The position numbers were made by a program, and so were the translations under genes. From assembly GCA_964016885.1 (NCBI GenBank), contig OZ024740.1, positions 420,236,001 to 420,300,000 of the forward strand: DNA of 64,000 nt. Direction: 5' to 3'. The stretch is from Eledone cirrhosa. Its lineage: Eukaryota. The notes under the pieces are model-generated. The model did no database searches, had not been told where the DNA came from, and worked only from the letters and a program-made list of their open reading frames with translations. The number at the start of each line of letters is the position of its first letter. Positions within the stretch are counted from its first letter, which is position 1. This document shows, piece after piece, positions 27,501-42,600 of this stretch.

Positions 27501-30500
27501 AGATAACAGTCTACATATGTGGTGGGAATGATGTAGAGTTGGAGGTGACAGTCTACATATGTCTTGGGAATGATGCAGAGTTGCAGGTAACAGTCTACAT
27601 ATGTGGTGGGAATGATGTACAGTTTGAGGTGACAGTCTATATATGTGGTGGAAATGATGTAGAGTTTGAGGTGACAGTCTACATATGTGCTGGGAATGAT
27701 GTAGAGTTGGAGGTGATAGTCTACATATGTAGGTGGGAAAGAGGTAGAGTTGGAGGTGACAGTCTACATATGTGGTGGGAATGATGTAGAGTTGGAGGTG
27801 ACAGTCTACATATGTGGTGGGAATGATGTAGAGTTGATGGTGACACTCTACATATGTGGTGGGAAAGAGCTAGAGTTGGAGGTGACAGTCTACATATTGG
27901 GTGGGAAAGAGGTAGAGTTGGAGGTGACAGTCTACATATGTGGTGGGAATGATGTAGAGTTGGAGGTGACAGTCTACATATGTGGTGGGATTGATGGAGA
28001 GTTGGAGGTGACAATCTACATATGTGGTGGGAATGATGTACTGTTGGAGGTGACAGTCTAAATATGTGGTGGGAATGATGTAGAGTTGGAGGTGACAGTC
28101 TACATATGTGGTGGGAATGATGTTGAGTTGGAGGTGAAAGTCTATATATGTGGTGGGAATGATGTACAGTTGGAGGTGCCAATCTACATGTGTGGTGGGA
28201 AGGATGTAGAGTTGGAGGTGACAGTCTACATATGTGGTCGGAAAGAGGTACAGTTGGAGGTGACAGTCTACATATGTGGAGGGAATGATGTAGAGTTGGA
28301 GGTGACAGTCTACATATGTGGTGGGAATGATGTACAGTTGGAGATGACAGTCTATATATGTGGTGGGAATGATGTACAGTTGGAGGTGACAGTCTACATA
28401 GGTGGTGGTAATGATGTACAGTTGGAGGTGACAGTCTACATATGTGGTGGGAATGATGTAGATTTGGAGATGACAGTCTACATATGTGGTGGGAATGGTG
28501 TAGAGTTGGAGGTGACAGTCTACATATGTGGCAAGAATGATGTAGAGTTGGAGGTGACAGTCTACATATGTGGTGGGAATGATGTAGAGTTGGAGGTGAC
28601 AGTTACATATGTCTTGGGAATGATGTAGAGTTGGAGGTGACAGTCTACATATGTGGTGGGAAAGAGGTAGAGTTGGAGGTGACAGTCTACATATGTGGTG
28701 GGAATGATGTACAGTTGGAGGTGACAGTCTACATATGTGGTGGGAATGATATAGAGTTGGAGGTGAGTCTACATATGTGGTGGGAATGATGTAGAGTTGG
28801 AGGTGATAGTCTACATATGTAGGTGGGAAAGAGGTAGAGTTGGAGGTGACAGTCTACATATGTGGTGGGAATGCTGTAGAGTTGGTGGTGACATTCTACA
28901 TATGTGGTGGGAACTATGTAGAGTTGGAGGTGACAGTCTACATATGTGGTGGGAAAGAGGTAGAGTTGGAGGTGAGAGTCTACATATGTGGTGGGAAAGA
29001 GGTAGAGTTGGAGGTGATAGTCTACATATGTGGTGGGAATGATGTACAGTTGGAGGTGACAATCTACATACGTGGGGGGCATGATGTAGAGTTGGAGGTG
29101 AGAAACTACATATGTGGTGGGAATGATGTAGAGTTGGAGGTGACAGTCTACATATGTGGTGGGAAAGAGGTAGAGTTGGGGGATGACAGTCTACATATGT
29201 GGTGGGAATGATGTACTGTTGGAGGTGACACTCTACATATGTGGTGGGAATAATGTAGAGTTGGAGGTGACAGTCTACATATGTGGTGGGAATGATGTAG
29301 AGTTGGAGGTGAAAGTCTATATATGTGGTGGGAATGATGTACAGTTGGATGTGACAGTCTACATATGTGGTGGGAATGATGTAGAGTTGGAGGTGACAGT
29401 CTACAAATTAGGTGGGAATGATGTAGAGTTGGAAGTAACAGTCTACATATGTGGTGGGAATGATGTACAGTTGGATGTGACAGTCTACATATGAGGTGGG
29501 AATGATGTACAGTTGGAGGTGACAGTCTACATATGTAGTGGGAATGATGTACAGTTAGAGGTGACATTCTACATATGTGGTGGGAATGATGTAGAGTTGG
29601 AGGTGACAATCTACATATGTGGTGGGAATTATGTAGAGTTGGAGGTGACAATCTACATATGTGGTGGGAATGATGTAGAGTTGGAGGTGACAGTCTATAT
29701 ATGTGGTGGGAATGATGTAGAGTTGGAGGTGACAGTCTACATATGTGGTGGGTATGATGTAGATTTGGAGATGACAGTCTACATATGTGGTGGGAATGAT
29801 GTAGAGTTGGAGGTGATAGTCTACATATGTGGGTGGGAAAGAGGTAGAGTTGGAGGTGACAGTCTACATATGTGGTGGGAATGATGTAGAGTTGGAGGTG
29901 ACAGTCTACATATGTGGTGGGAATGATGTACAGTTGATGGTGACACTCTACATATGTGGTGGGAAAGAGCTAGAGTTGGAGGTGACAGTCTACATATGTG
30001 GTGGGAATGATGTAGAGTTGGAGGTGACAGTCTACATATGTGGTGGGATTGATGGAGAGTTGGAGGTGACAATCTACATATGTGGTGGGAATGATGTACT
30101 GTTGGAGGTGACAGTCTAAATATGTGGTGGGAATGATGTAGAGTTGGAGGTGACAGTCTACATATGCGGTGGGAATGATGTTGAGTTGGAGGTGAAAGTC
30201 TATATATGTGGTGGGAATGATGTACAGTTGGAGGTGCCAATCTACATGTGTGGTGGGAAGCATGTAGAGTTGGAGGTGACAGTCTACATATGTGGTCGGA
30301 AAGAGGTACAGTTGGAGGTGACAGTCTACATATGTGGTGGGAATGATGTAGATTTGGAGGTGACAGTCTACATATGTGGTGGGAATGATGTACAGTTGGA
30401 GATGACAGTCTACATAGGTGGTGGTAATGATGTACAGTTGGAGGTGACAGTCTACATATGTGGTGGGAATGATGTAGATTTGGAGATGACAGTCTACATA

Positions 30501-32199
30501 TGTGGTGGGAATGGTGTAGAGTTGGAGGTGACAGTCTACATATGTGGCAAGAATGATGTAGAGTTGGAGGTGACAGTCTACATATGTGGTGGGAATGATG
30601 TAGAGTTGGAGGTGACAGTTACATATGTCTTGGGAATGATGTAGAGTTGGAGGTGACAGTCTACATATGTGGTGGGAAAGAGGTAGAGTTGGAGGTGACA
30701 GTCTACATATGTGGTGGGAATGATGTACAGTTGGAGGTGACAGTCTACATATGTGGTGGGAATGATGTTGAGATGGGTGTGACAATCTACATTTGTGGTG
30801 GGAAAGAGTTAGAGTTGGAGGTGAAAGTCTACATATGTGGTGAGAAAGAGGTAGAGTTGGAGGTGACAGTCTCATATGTGGTGGGAATTGGTAGAGTTGG
30901 AGGTGACAGTCTACATATGTGGTGGGAATGATGTAGAGTTGGTGGTGACAGTCTACATATGTGGTGGGAAAGAGGTGGAGTTGGTGGTGACAGTCTACAT
31001 ATGTGGTGGGAAAGAGGTAGTGTTGGACGTGACAGTCTACATATGTGGTGGGAATGATGTAGAGTTGGGTGTGACAATTTACATATGTGGTGGGAAAGAG
31101 GTAGAGTTGGAGGTGACAGTCTACATATGTGGTGGGAATTATGTAGAGTTGGAGGTGACAGTCTACTTATGTGGTGGGAATGATGTATAGTTAGAGGTGA
31201 CAGTCTACATATGTGGTGGGAATGATGTAGAGTTGGAGGTGACAATCTACATATGTGGTGGGAAGGATGTAGAGTTGGAGGTGACAGTCTACATATGTGG
31301 TGAGAAAGAGGTAGCGTTGGAGATAACAGTCTACATATGTGGTGGGAATGATGTAGAGTTGGAGGTGACAGTCTATATATGTGGTGGAAATGATGTAGAG
31401 TTTGAGGTGACAGTCTACATATGTGCTGGGAATGATGTAGAGTTGGAGGTGATAGTCTACATATGTAGGTGGGAAAGAGGTAGAGTTGGAGGTGACAGTC
31501 TACATATGTGGTGGGAATGATGTAGAGTTGGAGGTGACAGTCTACATATGTGGTGGGAATGATGTAGAGTTGATGGTGACACTCTACATATGTGGTGGGA
31601 AAGAGCTAGAGTTGGAGGTGACAGTCTACATATTGGGTGGGAAAGAGGTAGAGTTGGAGGTGACAGTCTACATATGTGGTGGGAATGATGTAGAGTTGGA
31701 GGTGACAGTCTACATATGTGGTGGGATTGATGGAGAGTTGGAGGTGACAATCTACATATGTGGTGGGAATGATGTACTGTTGGAGGTGACAGTCTAAATA
31801 TGTGGTGGGAATGATGTAGAGTTGGAGGTGACAGTCTACATATGTGGTGGGAATGATGTTGAGTTGGAGGTGAAAGTCTATATATGTGGTGGGAATGACG
31901 TACAGTTGGAGGTGCCAATCTACATGTGTGGTGGGAAGGATGTAGTGTTGGAGGTGACAGTCTACATATGTGGTCGGAAAGAGGTACAGTTGGAGGTGAC
32001 AGTCTACATATGTGGAGGGAATGATGTAGAGTTGGAGGTGACAGTCTACATATGTGGTGGGAATGATGTACAGTTGGAGATGACAGTCTATATATGTGGT
32101 GGGAATGATGTACAGTTGGAGGTGACAGTCTACATAGGTGGTGGTAATGATGTACAGTTGGAGGTGACAGTCTACATATGTGGTGGGAATGATGTAGAT

Positions 32200-35100
32200 T
32201 TGGAGATGACAGTCTACATATGTGGTGGGAATGGTGTAGAGTTGGAGGTGACAGTCTACATATGTGGCAAGAATGATGTAGAGTTGGAGGTGACAGTCTA
32301 CATATGTGGTGGGAATGATGTAGAGTTGGAGGTGACAGTTACATATGTCTTGGGAATGATGTAGAGTTGGAGGTGACAGTCTACATATGTGGTGGGAATG
32401 ATGTAGAGTTGGAGGTGACAGTCTACATATGTGGTGGGAATGATGTAGAGTTGATGGTGACACTCTACATATGTGGTGGGAAAGAGCTAGAGTTGGAGGT
32501 GACAGTCTACATATGTGGTGGGAATGATGTAGAGTTGGAGGTGACAGTCTACATATGTGGTGGGATTGATGGAGAGTTGGAGGTGACAATCTACATATGT
32601 GGTGGGAATGATGTACTGTTGGAGGTGACAGTCTAAATATGTGGTGGGAATCATGTAGAGTTGGAGGTGACAGTCTACATATGTGGTGGGAATGATGTTG
32701 AGTTGGAGGTGAAAGTCTATATATGTGGTGGGAATGATGTACAGTTGGAGGTGCCAATCTACATGTGTGGTGGGAAGCATGTAGAGTTGGAGGTGACAGT
32801 CTACATATGTGGTCGGAAAGAGGTACAGTTGGAGGTGACAGTCTACATATGTGGTGGGAATGATGTAGATTTGGAGGTGACAGTCTACATATGTGGTGGG
32901 AATGATGTACAGTTGGAGATGACAGTGTACATAGGTGGTGGTAATGATGTACAGTTGGAGGTGACAGTCTACATATGTGGTGGGAATGATGTAGATTTGG
33001 AGATGACAGTCTACATATGTGGTGGGAATGGTGTAGAGTTGGAGGTGACAGTCTACATATGTGGCAAGAATGATGTAGAGTTGGAGGTGACAGTCTACAT
33101 ATGTGGTGGGAATGATGTAGAGTTGGAGGTGACAGTTACATATGTCTTGGGAATGATGTAGAGTTGGAGGTGACAGTCTACATATGTGGTGGGAAAGAGG
33201 TAGACTTGGAGGTGACAGTCTACATATGTGGTGGGAATGATGTACAGTTGGAGGTGACAGTCTACATATGTGGTGGGAATGATGTTGAGATGGGTGTGAC
33301 AATCTACATTTGTGGTGGGAAAGAGTTAGAGTTGGAGGTGAAAGTCTACATATGTGGTGAGAAAGAGGTAGTGTTGGAGGTGACAGTCTCATATGTGGTG
33401 GGAATTGGTAGAGTTGGAGGTGACAGTCTACATATGTGGTGGGAATGATGTAGAGTTGGTGGTGACAGTCTACATATGTGGTGGGAAAGAGGTGGAGTTT
33501 GTGGTGACAGTCTACATATGTGGTGGGAAAGAGGTAGTGTTGGACGTGACAGTCTACATATGTGGTGGGAATGATGTAGAGTTGGGTGTGACAATTTACA
33601 TATGTGGTGGGAAAGAGGTAGAGTTGGAGGTGACAGTCTACATATGTGGTGGGAATTATGTAGAGTTGGAGGTGACAGTCTATTTATGTGGTGGGAATGA
33701 TGTATAGTTAGAGGTGACAGTCTACATATGTGGTGGGAATGATGTAGAGTTGGAGGTGACAATCTACATATGTGGTGGGAATGATGTATAGTTGGAGGTG
33801 ACAATCTACATTTGTGGTGGGAAGGATGTAGAGTTGGAGGTGACAGTCTACATATGTGGTGAGAAAGAGGTAGCGTTGGAGATAACAGTCTACATATGTG
33901 GTGGGAATGATGTAGAGTTGGAGGTGACAGTCTACATATGTCTTGGGAATGATGCAGAGTTGCAGGTAACAGTCTACATATGTGGTGGGAATGATGTACA
34001 GTTTGAGGTGACAGTCTATATATGTGGTGGAAATGATGTAGAGTTTGAGGTGACAGTCTACATATGTGCTGGGAATGATGTAGAGTTGGAGGTGATAGTC
34101 TACATATGTAGGTGGGAAAGAGGTAGAGTTGGAGGTGACAGTCTACATATGTGGTGGGAATGATGTAGAGTTGGAGGTGACAGTCTACATATGTGGTGGG
34201 AATGATGTAGAGTTGATGGTGACACTCTACATATGTGGTGGGAAAGAGCTAGAGTTGGAGGTGACAGTCTACATATTGGGTGGGAAAGGGGTAGAGTTGG
34301 AGGTGACAGTCTACATATGTGGTGGGAATGATGTAGAGTTGGAGGTGACAGTCTACATATGTGGTGGGATTGATGGAGAGTTGGAGGTGACAATCTACAT
34401 ATGTGGTGGGAATGATGTACTGTTGGAGGTGACAGTCTAAATATGTGGTGGGAATGATGTAGAGTTGGAGGTGACAGTCTACATATGTGGTGGGAATGAT
34501 GTTGAGTTGGAGGTGAAAGTCTATATATGTGGTGAGAATGATGTACAGTTGGAGGTGCCAATCTACATGTGTGGTGGGAAGGATGTAGAGTTGGAGGTGA
34601 CAGTCTACATATGTGGTCGGAAAGAGGTACAGTTGGAGGTGACAGTCTACATATGTGGAGGGAATGATGTAGAGTTGGAGGTGACAGTCTACATATGTGG
34701 TGGGAATGATGTACAGTTGGAGATGACAGTCTATATATGTGGTGGGAATGATGTACAGTTGGAGGTGACAGTCTACATAGGTGGTGGTAATGATGTACAG
34801 TTGGAGGTGACAGTCTACATATGTGGTGGGAATGATGTAGATTTGGAGATGACAGTCTACATATGTGGTGGGAATGGTGTAGAGTTGGAGGTGACAGTCT
34901 ACATATGTGGCAAGAATGATGTAGAGTTGGAGGTGACAGTCTACATATGTGGTGGGAATGATGTAGAGTTGGAGGTGACAGTTACATATGTCTTGGGAAT
35001 GATGTAGAGTTGGAGGTGACAGTCTACATATGTGGTGGGAAAGAGGTAGAGTTGGAGGTGACAGTCTACATATGTGGTGGGAATGATGTACAGTTGGAGG

Positions 35101-38100
35101 TGACAGTCTACATATGTGGTGGGAATGATGTTGAGTTGGGTGTGACAATCTACATATGTGGTGGGAAAGAGGTAGAGTTGGAGGTGACAGTCTACATATG
35201 TGGTGGGAATGATGTAGAGTTGGAGGTGACAGTCTACATATGTGGTGGGAATGATATAGAGTTGGAGGTGAGTCTACATATGTGGTGGGAATGATGTAGA
35301 GTTGGAGGTGATAGTCTACATATGTAGGTGGGAAAGAGGTAGAGTTGGAGGTGACAGTCTACATATGTGGTGGGAATGCTGTAGAGTTGGTGGTGACATT
35401 CTACATATGTGGTGGGAACTATGTAGAGTTGGAGGTGACAGTCTACATATGTGGTGGGAAAGAGGTAGAGTTGGAGGTGAGAGTCTACATATGTGGTGGG
35501 AAAGAGGTAGAGTTGGAGGTGATAGTCTACATATGTGGTGGGAATGATGTACAGTTGGAGGTGACAATCTACATACGTGGGGGGCATGATGTAGAGTTGG
35601 AGGTGAGAAACTACATATGTGGTGGGAATGATGTAGAGTTGGAGGTGACAGTCTACATATGTGGTGGGAAAGAGGTAGAGTTGGGGGATGACAGTCTACA
35701 TATGTGGTTGGAATGATGTACTGTTGGAGGTGACACTCTACATATGTGGTGGGAATAATGTAGAGTTGGAGGTGCCAGTCTACATATGTGGTGGGAATGA
35801 TGTAGAGTTGGAGGTGAAAGTCTATATATGTGGTGGGAATGATGTACAGTTGGATGTGACAGTCTACATATGTGGTGGGAATGATGTAGAGTTGGAGGTG
35901 ACAGTCTACAAATTAGGTGGGAATGATGTAGAGTTGGAAGTAACAGTCTACATATGTGGTGGGAATGATGTACAGTTGGATGTGACAGTCTACATATGAG
36001 GTGGGAATGATGTACAGTTGGAGGTGACAGTCTACATATGTAGTGGGAATGATGTACAGTTAGAGGTGACATTCTACATATGTGGTGGGAATGATGTAGA
36101 GTTGGAGGTGACAATCTACATATGTGGTGGGAATTATGTAGAGTTGGAGGTGACAATCTACATATGTGGTGGGAATGATGTAGAGTTGGAGGTGACAGTC
36201 TACATATGTGGTGGGAAAGAGGTACAGTTGGAGGTGACAGTCTACATATGTGGTGGGAATGATGTAGAGTTGGAGGTGACAGTCTACATATGTGGTGGGA
36301 ATGATGTACAGTTGGAGGTGACAGCCTATATATGTGGTGGGAATGATGTACAGTTGAAGGTGACAGTCTACATAGGTGGTGGGAATGATGTAGAGTTGGA
36401 GGTGACAGTCTGCATATGTGGTGGGAATGATGTAGAGTTGGAGGTGACAGTTTACATGTGTGGTGGGAATGATGTAGAGTTGAAGGGGACAGTCTACATA
36501 TGTGGTGGGAATGATGTAGAGTTGGAGGTGACAGTCTACATATGTGGTGGTAATGATGTAGAGTTGGTGGTGACAATCTACATATGTGGTGGGAATGATG
36601 TACAGTTGGAGGTGACAGTCTACATATGTGGTGGGAATGATGTGGAGTTGGAGGTGACAGTCTACATATGTGGTGGGAATTATGTAGAGTCGGAGGTGAC
36701 AATCTACATATGTTGTGGGAATGATGTAGAGTTGGAGGTGACAGTCTACATATGTGGTGGGAATGATGTAGAGTTGGAGGTAACAGTCTACATATGTGGT
36801 GGGTCTGATGTACAGTTGGAGGTGACAGTCTACATATGTGGTGGGAATGGTGTAGAGTTGGAGGTGACAGTCTACATATGTGGCAGGAATGATGTAGAGT
36901 TGGAGGTAACAGTTTACATATGTGGTGGGAATGATGTAGAGTTGAAGGGGACACTCTACATATGTGGTGGGAATGATGTAGAGTTGGAGGTGACAGTCTA
37001 GATATGTCTTGGGAATGATGTAGAGTTGGAGCTGACCGTCTACATATGTGGTGGGAATGGTGTCGAGTTTGAGGTGACAATCTACATATGTGGTGGGAAT
37101 GATGTAGAGTTGGAGGTGACAGTCTACATATGTGGTGGGAATGATGTGGAGTTGGAGGTGACAGTCTACATATGTGGTGGGAAGGATGTAGATTTGGAGA
37201 TGACAGTGTACATATGTGGTGGGAATGATGTAGAGTTGGAGGGGACAGTCTACATATGTGGTGGGAATGATGTAGAGTTGGAGGTGGCAGTCTACATATG
37301 TGGTGGGAATGATGTAGAGTTGGAGGTGACAGTCTACATATGTGGTTGGAAAGAGGTAGAGTTGGAGATGACAGTCTACATATGTGGTCGGAATGATGTA
37401 GAGTTGGTGGTGACTCTCTAAATATGTGGTGGGAAAGAGCTAGAGTTGGAGGTGACAGTCTACATATGTGGTGGGAATGATGTAGATTTGGTGGTGACAG
37501 TCTACATATGTGGTGGGAATGGTGTAGAGTTGGAGGTGACAGTCTACATATGTGGCAAGAATGATGTAGAGTTGGAGGTGACAGTCTACATATGTGGTGG
37601 GAATGATGTAGAGTTGGAGGTGACAGTTACATATGTCTTGGGAATGATGTAGAGTTGGAGGTGACAGTCTACATATGTGGTGGGAATGATGTAGAGTTGG
37701 AGGTGACAGTCTACATATGTGGTGGGAATGATGTAGAGTTGATGGTGACACTCTACATATGTGGTGGGAAAGAGCTAGAGTTGGAGGTGACAGTCTACAT
37801 ATGTGGTGGGAATGATGTAGAGTTGGAGGTGACAGTCTACATATGTGGTGGGATTGATGGAGAGTTGGAGGTGACAATCTACATATGTGGTGGGAATGAT
37901 GTACTGTTGGAGGTGACAGTCTAAATATGTGGTGGGAATCATGTAGAGTTGGAGGTGACAGTCTACATATGTGGTGGGAATGATGTTGAGTTGGAGGTGA
38001 AAGTCTATATATGTGGTGGGAATGATGTACAGTTGGAGGTGCCAATCTACATGTGTGGTGGGAAGCATGTAGAGTTGGAGGTGACAGTCTACATATGTGG

Positions 38101-41100
38101 TCGGAAAGAGGTACAGTTGGAGGTGACAGTCTACATATGTGGTGGGAATGATGTAGATTTGGAGGTGACAGTCTACATATGTGGTGGGAATGATGTACAG
38201 TTGGAGATGACAGTCTACATAGGTGGTGGTAATGATGTACAGTTGGAGGTGACAGTCTACATATGTGGTGGGAATGATGTAGATTTGGAGATGACAGTCT
38301 ACATATGTGGTGGGAATGGTGTAGAGTTGGAGGTGACAGTCTACATATGTGGCAAGAATGATGTAGAGTTGGAGGTGACAGTCTACATATGTGGTGGGAA
38401 TGATGTAGAGTTGGAGGTGACAGTTACATATGTCTTGGGAATGATGTAGAGTTGGAGGTGACAGTCTACATATGTGGTGGGAAAGAGGTAGAGTTGGAGG
38501 TGACAGTCTACATATGTGGTGGGAATGATGTACAGTTGGAGGTGACAGTCTACATATGTGGTGGGAATGATGTTGAGATGGGTGTGACAATCTACATTTG
38601 TGGTGGGAAAGAGTTAGAGTTGGAGGTGAAAGTCTACATATGTGGTGAGAAAGAGGTAGAGTTGGAGGTGACAGTCTCATATGTGGTGGGAATTGGTAGA
38701 GTTGAAGGTGACAGTCTACATATGTGGTGGGAATGATGTAGAGTTGGTGGTGACAGTCTACATATGTGGTGGGAAAGAGGTGGAGTTGGTGGTGACAGTC
38801 TACATATGTGGTGGGAAAGAGGTAGTGTTGGACGTGACAGTCTACATATGTGGTGGGAATGATGTAGAGTTGGGTGTGACAATTTACATATGTGGTGGGA
38901 AAGAGGTAGAGTTGGAGGTGACAGTCTACATATGTGGTGGGAATTATGTAGAGTTGGAGGTGACAGTCTATTTATGTGGTGGGAATGATGTATAGTTAGA
39001 GGTGACAGTCTACATATGTGGTGGGAATGATGTAGAGTTGGAGGTGACAATCTACATATGTGGTGGGAATGATGTATAGTTGGAGGTGACAATCTACATA
39101 TGTGGTGGGAAGGATGTAGAGTTGGAGGTGACAGTCTACATATATGGTGAGAAAGAGGTAGCGTTGGAGATAATAGTCTACATATGTGGTGGGAATGATG
39201 TAGAGTTGGAGGTGACAGTCTACATATGTCTTGGGAATGATGCAGAGTTGCAGGTAACAGTCTACATATGTGGTGGGAATGATGTACAGTTTGAGGTGAC
39301 AGTCTATATATGTGGTGGAAATGATGTAGAGTTTGAGGTGACAGTCTACATATGTGCTGGGAATGATGTAGAGTTGGAGGTGATAGTCTACATATGTAGG
39401 TGGGAAAGAGGTAGAGTTGGAGGTGACAGTCTACATATGTGGTGGGAATGATGTAGAGTTGGAGGTGACAGTCTACATATGTGGTGGGAATGATGTAGAG
39501 TTGAAGGTGACACTCTACATATGTGGTGGGAAAGAGCTAGAGTTGGAGGTGACAGTCTACATATTGGGTGGGAAAGAGGTAGAGTTGGAGGTGACAGTCT
39601 ACATATGTGGTGGGAATGATGTAGAGTTGGAGGTGACAGTCTACATATGTGGTGGGATTGATGGAGAGTTGGAGGTGACAATCTACATATGTGGTGGGAA
39701 TGATGTACTGTTGGAGGTGACAGTCTAAATATGTGGTGGGAATGATGTAGAGTTGGAGGTGACAGTCTACATATGTGGTGGGAATGATGTTGAGTTGGAG
39801 GTGAAAGTCTATATATGTGGTGGGAATGATGTACAGTTGGAGGTGCCAATCTACATGTGTGGTGGGAAGGATGTAGAGTTGGAGGTGACAGTCTACATAT
39901 GTGGTCGGAAAGAGGTACAGTTGGAGGTGACAGTCTACATATGTGGAGGGAATGATGTAGAGTTGGAGGTGACAGTCTACATATGTGGTGGGAATGATGT
40001 ACAGTTGGAGATGACAGTCTATATATGTGGTGGGAATGATGTACAGTTGGAGGTGACAGTCTACATAGGTGGTGGTAATGATGTACAGTTGGAGGTGACA
40101 GTCTACATATGTGGTGGGAATGATGTAGATTTGGAGATGACAGTCTACATATGTGGTGGGAATGGTGTAGAGTTGGAGGTGACAGTCTACATATGTGGCA
40201 AGAATGATGTAGAGTTGGAGGTGACAGTCTACATATGTGGTGGGAATGATGTAGAGTTGGAGGTGACAGTTACATATGTCTTGGGAATGATGTAGAGTTG
40301 GAGGTGACAGTCTACATATGTGGTGGGAAAGAGGTAGAGTTGGAGGTGACAGTCTACATATGTGGTGGGAATGATGTACAGTTGGAGGTGACAGTCTACA
40401 TATGTGGTGGGAATGATGTTGAGTTGGGTGTGACAATCTACATATGTGGTGGGAAAGAGGTAGAGTTGGAGGTGACAGTCTACATATGTGGTGGGAATGA
40501 TGTAGAGTTGGAGGTGACAGTCTACATATGTGGTGGGAATGATATAGAGTTGGAGGTGAGTCTACATATGTGGTGGGAATGATGTAGAGTTGGAGGTGAT
40601 AGTCTACATATGTAGGTGGGAAAGAGGTAGAGTTGGAGGTGACAGTCTACATATGTGGTGGGAATGCTGTAGAGTTGGTGGTGACATTCTACATATGTGG
40701 TGGGAACTATGTAGAGTTGGAGGTGACAGTCTACATATGTGGTGGGAAAGAGGTAGAGTTGGAGGTGAGAGTCTACATATGTGGTGGGAAAGAGGTAGAG
40801 TTGGAGGTGATAGTCTACATATGTGGTGGGAATGATGTACAGTTGGAGGTGACAATCTACATACGTGGGGGGCATGATGTAGAGTTGGAGGTGAGAAACT
40901 ACATATGTGGTGGGAATGATGTAGAGTTGGAGGTGACAGTCTACATATGTGGTGGGAAAGAGGTAGAGTTGGGGGATGACAGTCTACATATGTGGTGGGA
41001 ATGATGTACTGTTGGAGGTGACACTCTACATATGTGGTGGGAATAATGTAGAGTTGGAGGTGACAGTCTACATATGTGGTGGGAATGATGTAGAGTTGGA

Positions 41101-42600
41101 GGTGAAAGTCTATATATGTGGTGGGAATGATGTACAGTTGGATGTGACAGTCTACATATGTGGTGGGAATGATGTACAGTTAGAGGTGACATTCTACATA
41201 TGTGGTGGGAATGATGTAGAGTTGGAGGTGACAATCTACATATGTGGTGGGAATTATGTAGAGTTGGAGGTGACAATCTACATATGTGGTGGGAATGATG
41301 TAGAGTTGGAGGTGACAGTCTACATATGTGGTGGGAAAGAGGTACAGTTGGAGGTGACAGTCTACATATGTGGTGGGAATGATGTAGAGTTGGAGGTGAC
41401 AGTCTACATATGTGGTGGGAATGATGTACAGTTGGAGGTGACAGCCTATATATGTGGTGGGAATGATGTACAGTTGAAGGTGACAGTCTACATAGGTGGT
41501 GGGAATGATGTAGAGTTGGAGGTGACAGTCTTCATATGTGGTGGGAATGATGTAGAGTTGGAGGTGACAGTTTACATGTGTGGTGGGAATGATGTAGAGT
41601 TGAAGGGGACAGTCTACATATGTGGTGGGAATGATGTAGAGTTGGAGGTGACAGTCTACATATGTGGTGGTAATGATGTAGAGTTGGTGGTGACAATCTA
41701 CATATGTGGTGGGAATGATGTACAGTTGGAGGTGACAGTCTACATATGTGGTGGGAATGATGTGGAGTTGGAGGTGACAGTCTACATATGTGGTGGGAAT
41801 TATGTAGAGTCGGAGGTGACAATCTACATATGTTGTGGGAATGATGTAGAGTTGGAGGTGACAGTCTACATATGTGGTGGGAATGATGTAGAGTTGGAGG
41901 TAACAGTCTACATATGTGGTGGGTCTGATGTACAGTTGGAGGTGACAGTCTACATATGTGGTGGGAATGGTGTAGAGTTGGAGGTGACAGTCTACATATG
42001 TGGCAGGAATGATGTAGAGTTGGAGGTAACAGTTTACATATGTGGTGGGAATGATGTAGAGTTGAAGGGGACACTCTACATATGTGGTGGGAATGATGTA
42101 GAGTTGGAGGTGACAGTCTAGATATGTCTTGGGAATGATGTAGAGTTGGAGCTGACCGTCTACATATGTGGTGGGAATGGTGTCGAGTTTGAGGTGACAA
42201 TCTACATATGTGGTGGGAATGATGTAGAGTTGGAGGTGACAGTCTACATATGTGGTGGGAATGATGTGGAGTTGGAGGTGACAGTCTACATATGTGGTGG
42301 GAAGGATGTAGATTTGGAGATGACAGTGTACATATGTGGTGGGAATGATGTAGAGTTGGAGGGGACAGTCTACATATGTGGTGGGAATGATGTAGAGTTG
42401 GAGGTGGCAGTCTACATATGTGGTGGGAATGATGTAGAGTTGGAGGTGACAGTCTACATATGTGGTTGGAAAGAGGTAGAGTTGGAGATGACAGTCTACA
42501 TATGTGGTCGGAATGATGTAGAGTTGGTGGTGACTCTCTAAATATGTGGTGGGAAAGAGCTAGAGTTGGAGGTGACAGTCTACATATGTGGTGGGAATGA
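32200..42600 (+). repeat. 5288-bp higher-order repeat (~126 monomers), two tandem copies; the second is 168 bp (4 monomers) shorter
   Basis: Offset 5288 for 32367/37655, 32661/37949, 33393/38681, 35234/40522 and 35688/40976, then 5120 for 37026/42146 and 37446/42566. The ACAAATTAGG...ACATATGAGG monomers at ~35.9-36.0 kb are absent near 41.15 kb. Confidence 0.9.

Larger units (their letters stand above)
4150..31380 (+). repeat. Large tandem segmental duplication: left copy ~4150-19090, right copy ~19090-31380
   Basis: ORF-track offsets are constant in blocks: 14937 (4394/19331, 6439/21376, 8279/23216), 15902 (7706/23608, 9875/25777, 11433/27335), 16029 (12057/28086, 14847/30876) and 12294 (18903/31197). 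The steps are explained by a 965-bp duplication, a 127-bp indel and an extra 3735-bp unit: 14937+965+127-3735=12294. Confidence 0.88.
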
